Of a DNA stretch of 64,000 nucleotides, positions 36,258 through 45,037 are shown piece after piece (the first letter of the stretch is position 1; each line of letters opens with the position of its first letter). The stretch is from Burkholderiales bacterium (GTDB taxonomy: Bacteria > Pseudomonadota > Gammaproteobacteria > Burkholderiales > SG8-39): the NCBI GenBank assembly GCA_038904015.1, contig JBCKKZ010000003.1, positions 2,068 through 66,067 on the forward strand, written 5' to 3'. The notes under the pieces were generated by a model, which did not search any database, was not told where the DNA came from, and worked only from the letters and a program-made list of their open reading frames with translations. The translations under genes were made by a program, and so were the position numbers.

Positions 36258-37117
36258 GTTCGCCGCTGGAATGGTTTCCGGCACCCGGGAAACTCAATCT
36301 CTTCTTGCATGTGCTGGGACGCCGCACCGAGGGTCCCAATGCGGGCATGCACGAGCTGCAGACCGTGTTTCGCCTCATCGAGCATGGCGACCGGATCGGC
36401 ATCCGGGAGCGCGATGACGCCGAAATTCGCTTCACCGGGGTGTTCGGGGAGGACAATCTTTGCGTGCGCGCCGCGCGGCTGCTGCAAAGCAGGGCGGGCA
36501 GCGCGAAGGGCGCCGATATCGAACTGCGCAAGCAGCTTCCGGTCGGCGGCGGGCTGGGCGGCGGCTCCTCTGATGCGGCGACCGTGCTGCTGGTTTTGAA
36601 CCGGCATTGGAAGTTGAACTTGAGGAGAAAAGAACTCATGGCGCTGGGGCTCCGCCTGGGCGCCGATGTCCCGCTATTCGTCTACGGCCGCAATGCCGCG
36701 GCCGGGGGCGTCGGCGAACGTCTCCAGGCGGTCGATTTGGATCCCGCCTGGTACCTGGTTTTGACGCCCCAAGTCCCGGTTTCAACAAAAGAAATCTTCT
36801 CCGATGCCTCGTTGACACGGGATACGAAACCGCTCAAAATGTTGCCCTTTTTATCGGGGCAGGGCCGCAACGATCTCGAGGCGGTCGCGGTGCGCCGATA
36901 TCCGGAAATCGCGGCACATCTCGCGTGGCTGAAGGAACGCAGCCCACGGGGCTCCTTTCCTCCGCGCATGACGGGTTCCGGGGCCTGCGTGTTTGCCGAA
37001 TTTCCACGGGAAGAAGATGCCGTTGTGCTGCACAGTGAACTGCCGGCGGCAATACGAGGTTTTGTCGCCCGGGGGCTCGAGCGCCACCCTCTGCATGAAT
37101 GGGCTCACGATGAATGA
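36248..37117 (+). CDS. ispE: 4-diphosphocytidyl-2-C-methyl-D-erythritol kinase
   Basis: WFPAPGKLNLFLHVLGRR...KQLPVGGGLGGGSSDAATVL (GHMP motif)...MTGSGACVFAEF. Confidence 0.9.
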   Translation: MEMSSPLEWFPAPGKLNLFLHVLGRRTEGPNAGMHELQTVFRLIEHGDRIGIRERDDAEIRFTGVFGEDNLCVRAARLLQSRAGSAKGADIELRKQLPVGGGLGGGSSDAATVLLVLNRHWKLNLRRKELMALGLRLGADVPLFVYGRNAAAGGVGERLQAVDLDPAWYLVLTPQVPVSTKEIFSDASLTRDTKPLKMLPFLSGQGRNDLEAVAVRRYPEIAAHLAWLKERSPRGSFPPRMTGSGACVFAEFPREEDAVVLHSELPAAIRGFVARGLERHPLHEWAHDE

Positions 37118-37123
37118 CACAAC

Positions 37124-37198
37124 TGGGGCGTCGCCAAGCTGGTCTAAGGCACCGGATTTTGATTCCGGCATTCCTAGGTTCGAATCCTAGCGCCCCAG
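37124..37198 (+). tRNA. tRNA-Gln (anticodon UUG); CCA encoded at 37199-37201
   Basis: Hand-folded cloverleaf: acceptor tggggcg/cgcccca, anticodon stem ccgga/tccgg with loop ttTTGat, T arm ctagg-ttcgaat-cctag. 75 nt. Close to the classical proteobacterial tRNA-Gln sequence. Confidence 0.92.
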
Positions 37199-37214
37199 CC
37201 ATCCAATCCACCAA

Positions 37215-38189
37215 ATGATCAATCCGCTCACGTCCCACGCCTCGATGGACCGCTTGATGGTGTTCGCCGGCAACGCGAACCCGCGTCTGGCGCAGGAGGT
37301 GGTCAAGCAACTCAACATCTCGCTCGGGCGCGCCGTGGTCGGCAAGTTCTCCGACGGAGAAGTCATGGTCGAGGTGATGGAGAACGTGCGCGGCAAGGAC
37401 GTGTTCGTGCTGCAATCCACCTGCCAGCCGACCAACGACAATCTGATGGAATTGATGGTGATGGTGGATGCGCTGAAGCGCTCCTCGGCCGCGCGTGTCT
37501 CGGCCGCGATCCCGTATTTCGGCTATGCGCGCCAGGACCGCCGCCCGCGCTCGGCACGCGTCGCGATCAGCGCCAAGGTGGTCGCCAACATGCTGACCGC
37601 GGTGGGCATCTCCCGCGTGCTGACGATGGACCTGCACGCCGACCAGATCCAGGGCTTTTTCGACATGCCGGTGGACAACATTTACGCCGCACCGGTGCTG
37701 TTGGGTGATGTCTGGAAGCAGGGCTACGAGAACCTGATTGTCGTCTCCCCCGACGTTGGCGGCGTGGTGCGCGCCCGCGCGCTCGCCAAGCGGCTCGAAT
37801 CGGACCTGGCGATCATCGACAAGCGCCGCCCGCGTGCCAACGTGTCCGAAGTCATGAACGTGATCGGCGAGGTGAAGGGGCGCACCTGCGTGATCATGGA
37901 CGACATGGTGGACACCGCGGGGACCCTCTGCAAGGCAGCCGAGGTGCTGAAGGCGGAAGGCGCGACCAAGGTCGTCGCCTATTGCACCCACGCGGTGCTT
38001 TCCGGCGACGCGGTCAAGCGCATCGCCGCCTCGGCCATGGACGAGCTGGTGGTCACCGACACGATTCCGCTGCGCGAGGACGCGCGCGCCTGCAGGAAAA
38101 TCCGCAGCTTGTCGGTGGCCGGGCTGCTCGCGGAAACGATCCTGCGGATATTCACCGAGGATTCGGTGAGTTCCCTGTTCATAGAATAG
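37215..38189 (+). CDS. prs: ribose-phosphate pyrophosphokinase
   Basis: ...GYARQDRR...HADQIQGFF...[13 protein letters not shown]...[14 protein letters not shown]. Confidence 0.95.
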   Translation: MINPLTSHASMDRLMVFAGNANPRLAQEVVKQLNISLGRAVVGKFSDGEVMVEVMENVRGKDVFVLQSTCQPTNDNLMELMVMVDALKRSSAARVSAAIPYFGYARQDRRPRSARVAISAKVVANMLTAVGISRVLTMDLHADQIQGFFDMPVDNIYAAPVLLGDVWKQGYENLIVVSPDVGGVVRARALAKRLESDLAIIDKRRPRANVSEVMNVIGEVKGRTCVIMDDMVDTAGTLCKAAEVLKAEGATKVVAYCTHAVLSGDAVKRIAASAMDELVVTDTIPLREDARACRKIRSLSVAGLLAETILRIFTEDSVSSLFIE

Positions 38190-38277
38190 TTTTTCCAATC
38201 CAAACTTTTTAACCCGTGCATTTCAACCCCCGCCTGTGTCCGGTCGCGGAACCGGCGGAAACTGAAGGAGTATTGCG

Positions 38278-39027
38278 ATGAAAATCGAAATCAATGCGCG
38301 CAAGCGCGAGGCGCAAGGGACGGGTGCGAGCCGCCGTCTGCGCCGCTCGGGCAACGTCCCGGGCATCGTTTATGGCGGCGCGAAGGAGGCGGTGACGATC
38401 GAGCTCAACCACAAGGAGCTCTACCAGCACCTAACGAACGAGAAGTTCCACGCCTCGATCCTGACGCTCAAGCTCGATGGCGCGGCGCAAGACGTGCTGC
38501 TGCGCGCGTTCAACATGCATCCCTGGAAGGGGCATGTGCAGCACATCGACTTCCAGCGCGTCTCCAAGGACAAGAAGATCCACATGAAGGTGCCGCTGCA
38601 CTTCGTCAACGCCGAGGTTTCGCCGGGCGTGAAGGAGCAGGGCGGGATCGCCAACCACGTCCTGAACGATCTGGACGTCACCTGCCTGCCGGACGACCTG
38701 CCGGGATTCATCGAGGTCGACATGGGTCATCTCACGATCGGCCACTCGGTGCATGTCAAGGAACTGAAGCTGCCGAATGGGGTGGAAGCGGTGTTGCATC
38801 GGGGCGAGAACCCGGTGGTAGCCACTATCATCCAGCCGGTGCTGATCACCGAAGAGGAAACCACGACTGACGAAGCCGTACCGGCAGCCGACGTGCCGAC
38901 CACCGAGCAGGCCGCACCCGACAAGGCCGCGGAGGCGGCGGCCGGCGGCGACAAGGGTGCCGCCAAAGGTGGCGACAAGGGTGGCAAGCCGGCCGAGAAA
39001 GCCGCCGAGAAGAAAGAGAAGAAGTAA
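38278..39027 (+). CDS. rplY: 50S ribosomal protein L25/general stress protein Ctc
   Basis: ...RRLRRSGNVPGIVYGG...HPWKGHVQHIDFQRV..., with an Ala/Lys/Glu-rich Ctc-type C-terminal tail. Confidence 0.9.
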   Translation: MKIEINARKREAQGTGASRRLRRSGNVPGIVYGGAKEAVTIELNHKELYQHLTNEKFHASILTLKLDGAAQDVLLRAFNMHPWKGHVQHIDFQRVSKDKKIHMKVPLHFVNAEVSPGVKEQGGIANHVLNDLDVTCLPDDLPGFIEVDMGHLTIGHSVHVKELKLPNGVEAVLHRGENPVVATIIQPVLITEEETTTDEAVPAADVPTTEQAAPDKAAEAAAGGDKGAAKGGDKGGKPAEKAAEKKEKK

Positions 39028-39030
39028 ACT

Positions 39031-39759
39031 TTGGCCGGCACCATACGCCCCGACTCTATCCGGCTCATTGTCGGCCTGGGAAATCCGGGCAAAGACTACG
39101 AACGCACCCGCCACAATGCCGGTTTCTGGCTGGTGGAGCGTTTCGCCGTGCAATCGGGGCTGGCGCTGCGCAAGGACGGCAAGTACCAGGCGCTGGTCGG
39201 CCGGCTTAGTTCGAACGGCGCCTGGCTGGTGCTGCCGCAGAGTTTCATGAACGCGAGCGGGCATGCGGTGCAGATGCTGGCCGGTTTTTTCAAGATCCAG
39301 CCCGCCGAGATCCTCGTGGTGCACGATGAGCTCGACTTTGCGCCGGGCATGGCGAAGATGAAGCAGGGCGGCGGCATCGCGGGCCACAACGGGCTGAAGG
39401 ACATCTCGCAACGCCTCGGTTCGCACGACTACTGGCGCCTTCGCCTGGGCATCGGCCATCCGGGCGACAAGAGCGTGGTTGCCGGCTACGTGCTGCAGAA
39501 GCCCTCGGCGCAGGATCGCGAGGCCATCGACGCCGCGATCGTGCGGAGCATCGACGTGTTGCCGCTGTGCCTGTCCGGGGATCTGCAGGGGGCGATGCAG
39601 AAACTGCATTCGCATAAAGAAGAAAAGCGGGAAGAAAAGCCGGTAGAGAAAACACCCGAACCCAAGCCGGAAGCAATGCCCGTATTGAAAGCCGAGCCGC
39701 CGCAGGAAAAGCCCGCCGCCAGGGGGCTGTTCGGTTCCCTGTTCGGCAAGAAGAAATGA
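39031..39759 (+). CDS. pth: peptidyl-tRNA hydrolase with ~49-aa Lys/Glu/Pro-rich C-terminal extension
   Basis: [24 protein letters not shown]...PQSFMNASG...VVHDELD...GHNGLKD. Stop overlaps the ychF start (ATGA). Confidence 0.9.
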   Translation: MAGTIRPDSIRLIVGLGNPGKDYERTRHNAGFWLVERFAVQSGLALRKDGKYQALVGRLSSNGAWLVLPQSFMNASGHAVQMLAGFFKIQPAEILVVHDELDFAPGMAKMKQGGGIAGHNGLKDISQRLGSHDYWRLRLGIGHPGDKSVVAGYVLQKPSAQDREAIDAAIVRSIDVLPLCLSGDLQGAMQKLHSHKEEKREEKPVEKTPEPKPEAMPVLKAEPPQEKPAARGLFGSLFGKKK

Positions 39760-40865
39760 GCCTGCGCTGCGGCATCGTGGGCCTGCCGAACGTGGGCAAG
39801 TCCACGCTGTTCAATGCGTTGACGAAATCCGGCATCGCGGCGGAGAACTATCCGTTCTGCACCATCGAACCGAATGTCGGGATCGTCGAAGTTCCCGATC
39901 CGCGCCTGGCGGGCCTCGCTTCGATCGAGAAGCCGCAGAAACTCATCCCGGCAGCGGTCGAGTTCGTCGACATCGCCGGGCTGGTCGCCGGCGCCTCCAA
40001 GGGCGAGGGTCTGGGCAACCAGTTCCTCGCCAACATCCGCGAGACCGATGCCATCGTGCACGTGGTGCGCTGCTTCGAGGACGCGAACGTGATCCACGTT
40101 GCGAACAAGATCGACCCGCTCTCGGACATCGAAGTGATCAACACCGAGCTTGCGCTGGCGGATCTCGCCGCGGCCGAGAAGCAGCTCTCCAGAAATGCCA
40201 AGCTCGCCAAGACCGGCGGCGACAAGGATGCGCAGCGCCTGGTCGCAGTGCTGGAGAAAGCGATCGCGGCGCTGGACCAGGGCAAGCCGGTGCGCGCCGT
40301 GGATTGGTCGAGGGAAGAGCTGCAGGTACTCAAGCCGCTGTTCCTGCTCACCATGAAGCCGACGCTGTACGTGGCGAATGTCGCCGAGAACGGCTTCAAG
40401 GACAACCCGCTGCTGGCCGCCGTGGAAACGCATGCCCGCAAGGAGAAAGGCACGCAAGGCGCCGCTCCGGTGGTGGCGATCTGCGCCGCGATGGAATCGC
40501 AGATCGCCGACATGCCGGACGAGGACAAGAAGCTGTTTCTCGCCGACATGGGGATGGCCGAGCCGGGCCTCGCGCGCGTGATCCGCGCCGGCTATAAGTT
40601 GCTCGGACTGCAGACCTATTTCACCGCCGGGCCGAAGGAAGTGCGCGCCTGGACCGTGCCGGTGGGCACCACCGCGCCGCAGGCGGCGGGCGTGATCCAC
40701 ACCGATTTCGAGCGCGGCTTCATCCGCGCGGAAGTCACGACCTACGACGACTACATCGCTTGCAAGGGCGAGGTGGGCGCCAAGGAAGCCGGCAAGCTGC
40801 GCGTCGAGGGCAAGGAATACGTCGTGCATGACGGCGACGTCATGCACTTCCGCTTCAACGTCTGA
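39756..40865 (+). CDS. ychF: ribosome-binding ATPase YchF
   Basis: [19 protein letters not shown]...NKIDP...[11 protein letters not shown]...[14 protein letters not shown]. Confidence 0.95.
   Translation: MSLRCGIVGLPNVGKSTLFNALTKSGIAAENYPFCTIEPNVGIVEVPDPRLAGLASIEKPQKLIPAAVEFVDIAGLVAGASKGEGLGNQFLANIRETDAIVHVVRCFEDANVIHVANKIDPLSDIEVINTELALADLAAAEKQLSRNAKLAKTGGDKDAQRLVAVLEKAIAALDQGKPVRAVDWSREELQVLKPLFLLTMKPTLYVANVAENGFKDNPLLAAVETHARKEKGTQGAAPVVAICAAMESQIADMPDEDKKLFLADMGMAEPGLARVIRAGYKLLGLQTYFTAGPKEVRAWTVPVGTTAPQAAGVIHTDFERGFIRAEVTTYDDYIACKGEVGAKEAGKLRVEGKEYVVHDGDVMHFRFNV
40819..40857 (+). repeat. left copy of the 39-bp direct repeat (genuine ychF 3' end)
   Basis: cgtcgtgcatgacggcgacgtcatgcacttccgcttcaa; 36/39 identical to 42616-42654 (hand alignment). 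Confidence 0.85.
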
Positions 40866-40891
40866 GCAAAATCGCGGACCTGGCCTGAGTT

Positions 40892-40911
40892 CCACGGCGG
40901 ATTCCCGCCGT
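40892..40911 (+). terminator. hairpin downstream of ychF (possible terminator, no U-tract)
   Basis: cacggcgg-attc-ccgccgtg perfect 8-bp stem, 26 nt after the ychF stop. Confidence 0.35.
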
Positions 40912-40931
40912 GCAGTGGATCGCCTGACTGG

Positions 40932-41000
40932 TATCGACAAGAACGATAATTGACATGTATCGTTTAAGTCGATACATTAAGTTTATCGATAATGCCGATA
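40932..41000 (+). promoter_or_regulatory. hipBA promoter with three TATCG-N7-CGATA operator palindromes
   Basis: Palindromes at 40932-40948, 40958-40974 and 40984-41000, exactly 26 bp apart. TTGACA at 40950-40955 and TACATT at 40973-40978 (17-bp spacer) are interleaved with them. Confidence 0.6.
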
Positions 41001-41011
41001 AGGCCGCCCAC

Positions 41012-41260
41012 ATGAAACAGATCCTGACCCACGGCTCCCAGCTCGGCCAGATCCTGGCGACGCGGAGGCGCGCTGCCAAGCTCTCGCAACGTGCACTGGC
41101 CGCCAAGTTGGCGATCAGTCAGAACCGTCTGTCCGAGATTGAAACGAACCCCGGCAATCTCACCGTCAAGCGGCTGCTGGAACTCGCGAATCTGCTCGGC
41201 CTGGAACTGGTGATCCAGGACAGGCCGACCGCGCAACGCTCACCCAGAACGGAGTGGTAG
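41012..41260 (+). CDS. hipB: HipB-like XRE-family antitoxin/repressor
   Basis: HTH LGQILATRRRAAKLSQRALAAKLAISQNRLSEIETNPGNLTVKRLLELANLLGLEL. 3 nt upstream of hipA. The start at 40955 was rejected because it lies inside the promoter/operator DNA. Confidence 0.75.
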   Translation: MKQILTHGSQLGQILATRRRAAKLSQRALAAKLAISQNRLSEIETNPGNLTVKRLLELANLLGLELVIQDRPTAQRSPRTEW

Positions 41261-41263
41261 GCG

Positions 41264-42604
41264 ATGGGCCGAAAATCCCGCGCGCGCGCGCTTTCCGCAT
41301 GGGTCAACGGCAAGCTGGCCGGCGAGTGGCGCATTCCGGCCAGGGGCGAGACCGAATTCCAGTATGACTCCGGCTGGGTCGAATCCGAGGAAGGGCGGCC
41401 GCTCTCGCTTTCCCTGCCATTCAGCCTGGATCGGGGCTCGATAAAAGGCAGGCCCGTCGAGGCCTACTTCGACAACCTGCTGCCCGATGCCGATCCCATT
41501 CGAAAGCGGATTCAGGATCGCTTTCACACCACTTCGCGCAGCGCATTCGAGCTCCTCGCGGCGATCGGGCGCGATTGCGTTGGCGCGGTCCAGTTGCTTC
41601 CCTCCGGCGAACAACCGAAAAACGTGCGCACGATCGACGCGATGCCGCTCTCCGAAGCCGAGGTCGAGCGGGCTTTGGTTGAAACCGTATCGCCGGCCTC
41701 CTTCGCGGCACACCCCGCGGGCGATGAGTTTCGCATTTCGATCGCAGGCGCCCAGGAAAAAACCGCCTTCCTGCTGCACGACGGCCGCTGGTGCCGGCCG
41801 CTGGGCGCCACGCCCACGACGCACATCTTCAAGCTGCCGCTAGGGCTCGTGGGCGGGATGCAGGCCGACATGCGCACGTCGGTCGAAAATGAATGGCTCT
41901 GCGCAAGGATATTGCGCGCCTACGGGCTGCCTGTCGCCGGCTGCGATATCGCGCAATTCGGCGCGCAGAAGGTGCTGGTGGTGGAAAGATTCGACCGGCA
42001 GCTCCATTCGAGCGGGAAATACTGGCTGCGCCTCGTGCAGGAGGATTTCTGCCAGGCCACCGCCACGCCTTCCTCGACGAAATACGAGCGCGACGGCGGA
42101 CCGGGGATGCTGGAGATCGCGCAAATACTCAGAGGGTCGGTGAATCGCGACACCGACCTGGCGTGCCTGCTCAAGGCCCAGCTGCTGTTCTGGATGCTCG
42201 CCGCCACCGACGGTCACGCGAAGAACTTCAGCCTTCGTATCTTGAGCCAGGGGCGCTTTCAACTGACCCCGCTCTACGATCTCCTGTCGATCTGGCCCAT
42301 CATGGGGGAAGGCCCCGGCAAGATCTCATGGCACAACGCCAGGCTTGCGATGTCGGTGCGCGGCAAGAACAAGCACTACCTGTTGAAGGACATCCGGCGC
42401 AGGCACTTCAATGACCTGGCCGCCCGGTGCGGACTGGGAGAAACGGCGGAGCCGTTGATCGAGGACATTCTCGCCGCGACGCCGGCAGTGATCGCGTCCG
42501 TCCAGCAGGATTTGCCGAAGGGATTTCCGCAGCGCGTGCTCGGTGCGATCCTGAAAGGGCTGTCGCAATCGGCCAAGCAGCTTGAGGCGATGCCTGCCGC
42601 GTGA
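41264..42604 (+). CDS. hipA: HipA-family serine/threonine kinase toxin
   Basis: N-terminal coupling domain (LSAWVNGKLAGEW...) and kinase core (ISIAGAQEKTAFLL...THIFKLP...DGHAKNFSL...LTPLYDLLS). Full length, 446 aa. Confidence 0.9.
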   Translation: MGRKSRARALSAWVNGKLAGEWRIPARGETEFQYDSGWVESEEGRPLSLSLPFSLDRGSIKGRPVEAYFDNLLPDADPIRKRIQDRFHTTSRSAFELLAAIGRDCVGAVQLLPSGEQPKNVRTIDAMPLSEAEVERALVETVSPASFAAHPAGDEFRISIAGAQEKTAFLLHDGRWCRPLGATPTTHIFKLPLGLVGGMQADMRTSVENEWLCARILRAYGLPVAGCDIAQFGAQKVLVVERFDRQLHSSGKYWLRLVQEDFCQATATPSSTKYERDGGPGMLEIAQILRGSVNRDTDLACLLKAQLLFWMLAATDGHAKNFSLRILSQGRFQLTPLYDLLSIWPIMGEGPGKISWHNARLAMSVRGKNKHYLLKDIRRRHFNDLAARCGLGETAEPLIEDILAATPAVIASVQQDLPKGFPQRVLGAILKGLSQSAKQLEAMPAA

Positions 42605-42615
42605 AGGCAGGAGCG

Positions 42616-42654
42616 CGTCGTGCGCGACGGCGACGTCATGCACTTCCGTTTCAA
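42616..42654 (+). repeat. right copy of the 39-bp direct repeat (orphan ychF-3'-like segment)
   Basis: cgtcgtgcgcgacggcgacgtcatgcacttccgtttcaa, 12 nt after the hipA stop. Would encode [13 protein letters not shown] but has no proper stop or upstream gene body. Confidence 0.85.
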
Positions 42655-42685
42655 GATCGGCGATAGTCGCGCCGAGCTCAGGGCG

Positions 42686-43225
42686 TCAGAACGACCAGAC
42701 CTGCATGGTCCGGTACATTCCGGCGAGTTCCGTGTCGTTGAGCGCGGGCAGCGTGCTGCCGGCCGGGTCAACCTTGTCGGCGAGCTCGAGCACCATGGTG
42801 TTCATCGCCGCGAGGCGGCGTGCGAGCACTTCGGCGATCGCGGCGGCGATTTTGAGCGCGGCCGTCGATCCGCCGTCGAGCAGCGACCGGAAACGCTGCA
42901 CCGGGAGGCGCAGCACGCGCGAATCGACGATGGCGCGGCCGGTCGCGGAGCGCACGTCGGCGGTGATCAGCGACATCTCGCCCAGGACCCCGCCCACGCC
43001 CACGCGCGCGAGCGAGCGATCGCCCCGCGGGCCGCGCTTGATGACCTCGATCTCGCCCGCCACCACCAGGAAAAGGCCGTTGCCCGGATCGCCTTCGTGG
43101 AACAATTCCTTGCCGGCTGCAATGTCCTGCATTTCAATGATTTCGGCGATGGCATCAACTTCAGCGCCCGAAAGCGCGCGGCACAGCGCCATTGCCATTA
43201 ACGCGGCGGATTGTTCTTTGGCCAT
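42686..43225 (-). CDS. cyclic-nucleotide-binding domain protein
   Basis: ...ELFHEGDPGNGLFLVVAGEIEVIK...GGVLGEMSLITADVRSATGRA (cNMP phosphate-binding cassette). Confidence 0.75.
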   Translation of the reverse strand: MAKEQSAALMAMALCRALSGAEVDAIAEIIEMQDIAAGKELFHEGDPGNGLFLVVAGEIEVIKRGPRGDRSLARVGVGGVLGEMSLITADVRSATGRAIVDSRVLRLPVQRFRSLLDGGSTAALKIAAAIAEVLARRLAAMNTMVLELADKVDPAGSTLPALNDTELAGMYRTMQVWSF

Positions 43226-43318
43226 CGGCGAAGTCTACTCCAAGGTGCGGGGTGGATTCGCATCGGGGAATGCCCACGAGTATCATGACCCTGTCATCTG
43301 GGCGGTCTCAAGGGAGAA

Positions 43319-44785
43319 ATGCACATGGCGATCGAGCTGGACAATCGAACCAAGATCCTGGCGGGCGTGGTGGTGCTGGCTGCGGTCGGCGCCGGCGCGT
43401 GGTTCTTCTTCCTGGAGGATTTTCTCCGCGAACCCCCACCAAAGCCCGCTGCGGCCAAAAGCGCGCCTGCCGGTGCGCCGAAACAGGCCGATGCAGCCAA
43501 GCCGGCCGCCGATGCGCCAAAGCAGGCCCCGGATGACGCGAAGCAGGTCACGGCGGCCACTGCGCCCCCACCCGGTGCGAAACCGATCCCGACCAATCTG
43601 GATAAATTGATCGCGGAGGTGATCGAAACGTCCGGCGTGAATGCCTACTACCGGACCCTGGGTCGCGAGGTCATGCTCAGGGCCGGCGGCGGCAACGAAG
43701 CCCGCAAGCAGAGAACGAAACCGGCCGACTACCAGGCGACGGTGGAAATCGTGAACCGCGTGTTCGAGCCCGCGGCGATGACCGCGGAGATCGCCGCGAA
43801 CCTGAAAACCGGCAGTTTCGACGCCGAGCGCATGGCGCGTTTTCTCGAACTGCTGCGCCAGCCGATCGCCGTCAAGATGGCCGCGCCGGAGATGCGCAGC
43901 GTCACGCCAGAGGCGACGAAGGAGCACACGGACAGCCTGCGCAAGAATCCGCCTCCGGCTGCGCGTATCAAGATGATCCAGACGCTGGATGATGTGACCC
44001 GCACCTCGGAGGTCGGCATCGACATGGCGGGGGCGCTGGCCCGCGACATGGTCGACTCGATGCTCGAATCGATGAAGAAGCCGGGCCAGAACGTTCCCAA
44101 CGAAGCCCAGCAGACGGTCGGCTCTCAGTTGAATGCGATGCGCAATCAAGCGCGTGCGCAGATCCGGGAGGTGATGTACGTGATGTACCGCAAGACGAGC
44201 GACGAAGAGATGTCCGAGTACGTCAAGCTGCTCGACACCGACACGGGCAGGTGGGGGTGGGAGCTGCTCGCGAACGCGCTGCGCCCGGCGGTCGTAACCC
44301 GTGGCAGCGCACTGGGCCGGGAGGCGGCGCATTTCGCGATGGCCACAATGACGGCGGGCAAGGAGTCCGCGGCACCGCGGCCTGTGGCGCAGCAGGAGCA
44401 GGCTCCCGCCGAGAAACCCGCCGCCGCCCCGGTAGCGGTAGCGGCAGCGGTTGAAGCGCCCGGCTACCAGCGACCGGCCAATATCCGTGAGGTCTACGTG
44501 CGCTACAACGACGTGATCACCGCGACCGTGATGCGCGATCGCGCGGCGGTGAAGGAACTGCTCGACGACGGCAAGAATCCGAATGCGCGCCAGAAGGACG
44601 GCATCACGCCGCTCATGGTCGCGGCTTCGAATGGCGATACCGAGATCGTCTCGATGCTGCTGGCCAAAGGCGCGGATCCGAACCTGCGCGCGGGCAGCAG
44701 AAGCGCGTTGTCCATGGTGAAGGCCCGCGGCAGCGCCGGCGCCGGGATGGTGCAGCTGCTGGTGCGCAGCGGCGCCAAGGATTGA
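43319..44785 (+). CDS. membrane-anchored protein with Pro/Ala/Lys-rich linker, DUF2059-like middle region and C-terminal ankyrin repeats
   Basis: TM ILAGVVVLAAVGAGAWFFFL. ...YRKTSDEEMSEYVKLLDTDTGRWG... ANK repeats DGKNPNARQKDGITPLMVAASNGDTEIVSMLLAKGADPN. Confidence 0.65.
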   Translation: MHMAIELDNRTKILAGVVVLAAVGAGAWFFFLEDFLREPPPKPAAAKSAPAGAPKQADAAKPAADAPKQAPDDAKQVTAATAPPPGAKPIPTNLDKLIAEVIETSGVNAYYRTLGREVMLRAGGGNEARKQRTKPADYQATVEIVNRVFEPAAMTAEIAANLKTGSFDAERMARFLELLRQPIAVKMAAPEMRSVTPEATKEHTDSLRKNPPPAARIKMIQTLDDVTRTSEVGIDMAGALARDMVDSMLESMKKPGQNVPNEAQQTVGSQLNAMRNQARAQIREVMYVMYRKTSDEEMSEYVKLLDTDTGRWGWELLANALRPAVVTRGSALGREAAHFAMATMTAGKESAAPRPVAQQEQAPAEKPAAAPVAVAAAVEAPGYQRPANIREVYVRYNDVITATVMRDRAAVKELLDDGKNPNARQKDGITPLMVAASNGDTEIVSMLLAKGADPNLRAGSRSALSMVKARGSAGAGMVQLLVRSGAKD

Positions 44786-44824
44786 GCAGCCGGTTGTGCG
44801 CTGCCTGATTGCGGTCGTCGGGCT

Positions 44825-45037
44825 TTGGCTTTCAACGGCAGCCTGGCGACGCTCGCGGACGTGGTCCGGCACTATTCCGAGATCAATCCGGACCGCCTGC
44901 ATTCCGACGGCGAAAGCCTGCTCAAACCGCTGCGCCTGAGCGCCGCGGAGGCGGCCGATCTGGTCGTGTTTCTCGAATCGCTTACCGAGGCTTCGAGCGC
45001 GCTGCCGCCTAGGCAGCCGAGCGCAGCCTGTCGCTGA
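44825..45037 (+). pseudogene. di-heme cytochrome c peroxidase, C-terminal fragment only
   Basis: AFNGSLATLADVVRHYSEINP...LLKPLRLSAAEAADLVVFLESLT matches the CCP/MauG C-terminus. No heme-binding part upstream. Overlaps the desaturase 3' end. Confidence 0.5.

Noticed and set aside
36834-38198. 454-aa ORF on the minus strand
   Set aside because: Antisense to ispE 3' end, tRNA-Gln and prs. It would run through a tRNA gene.
39486-40940. 484-aa ORF on the minus strand
   Set aside because: Antisense to ychF.
42620-43201. 193-aa plus-strand ORF starting in the ychF-like repeat
   Set aside because: Apart from the first ~12 codons (the repeat copy), it is antisense to the cNMP-binding protein gene.
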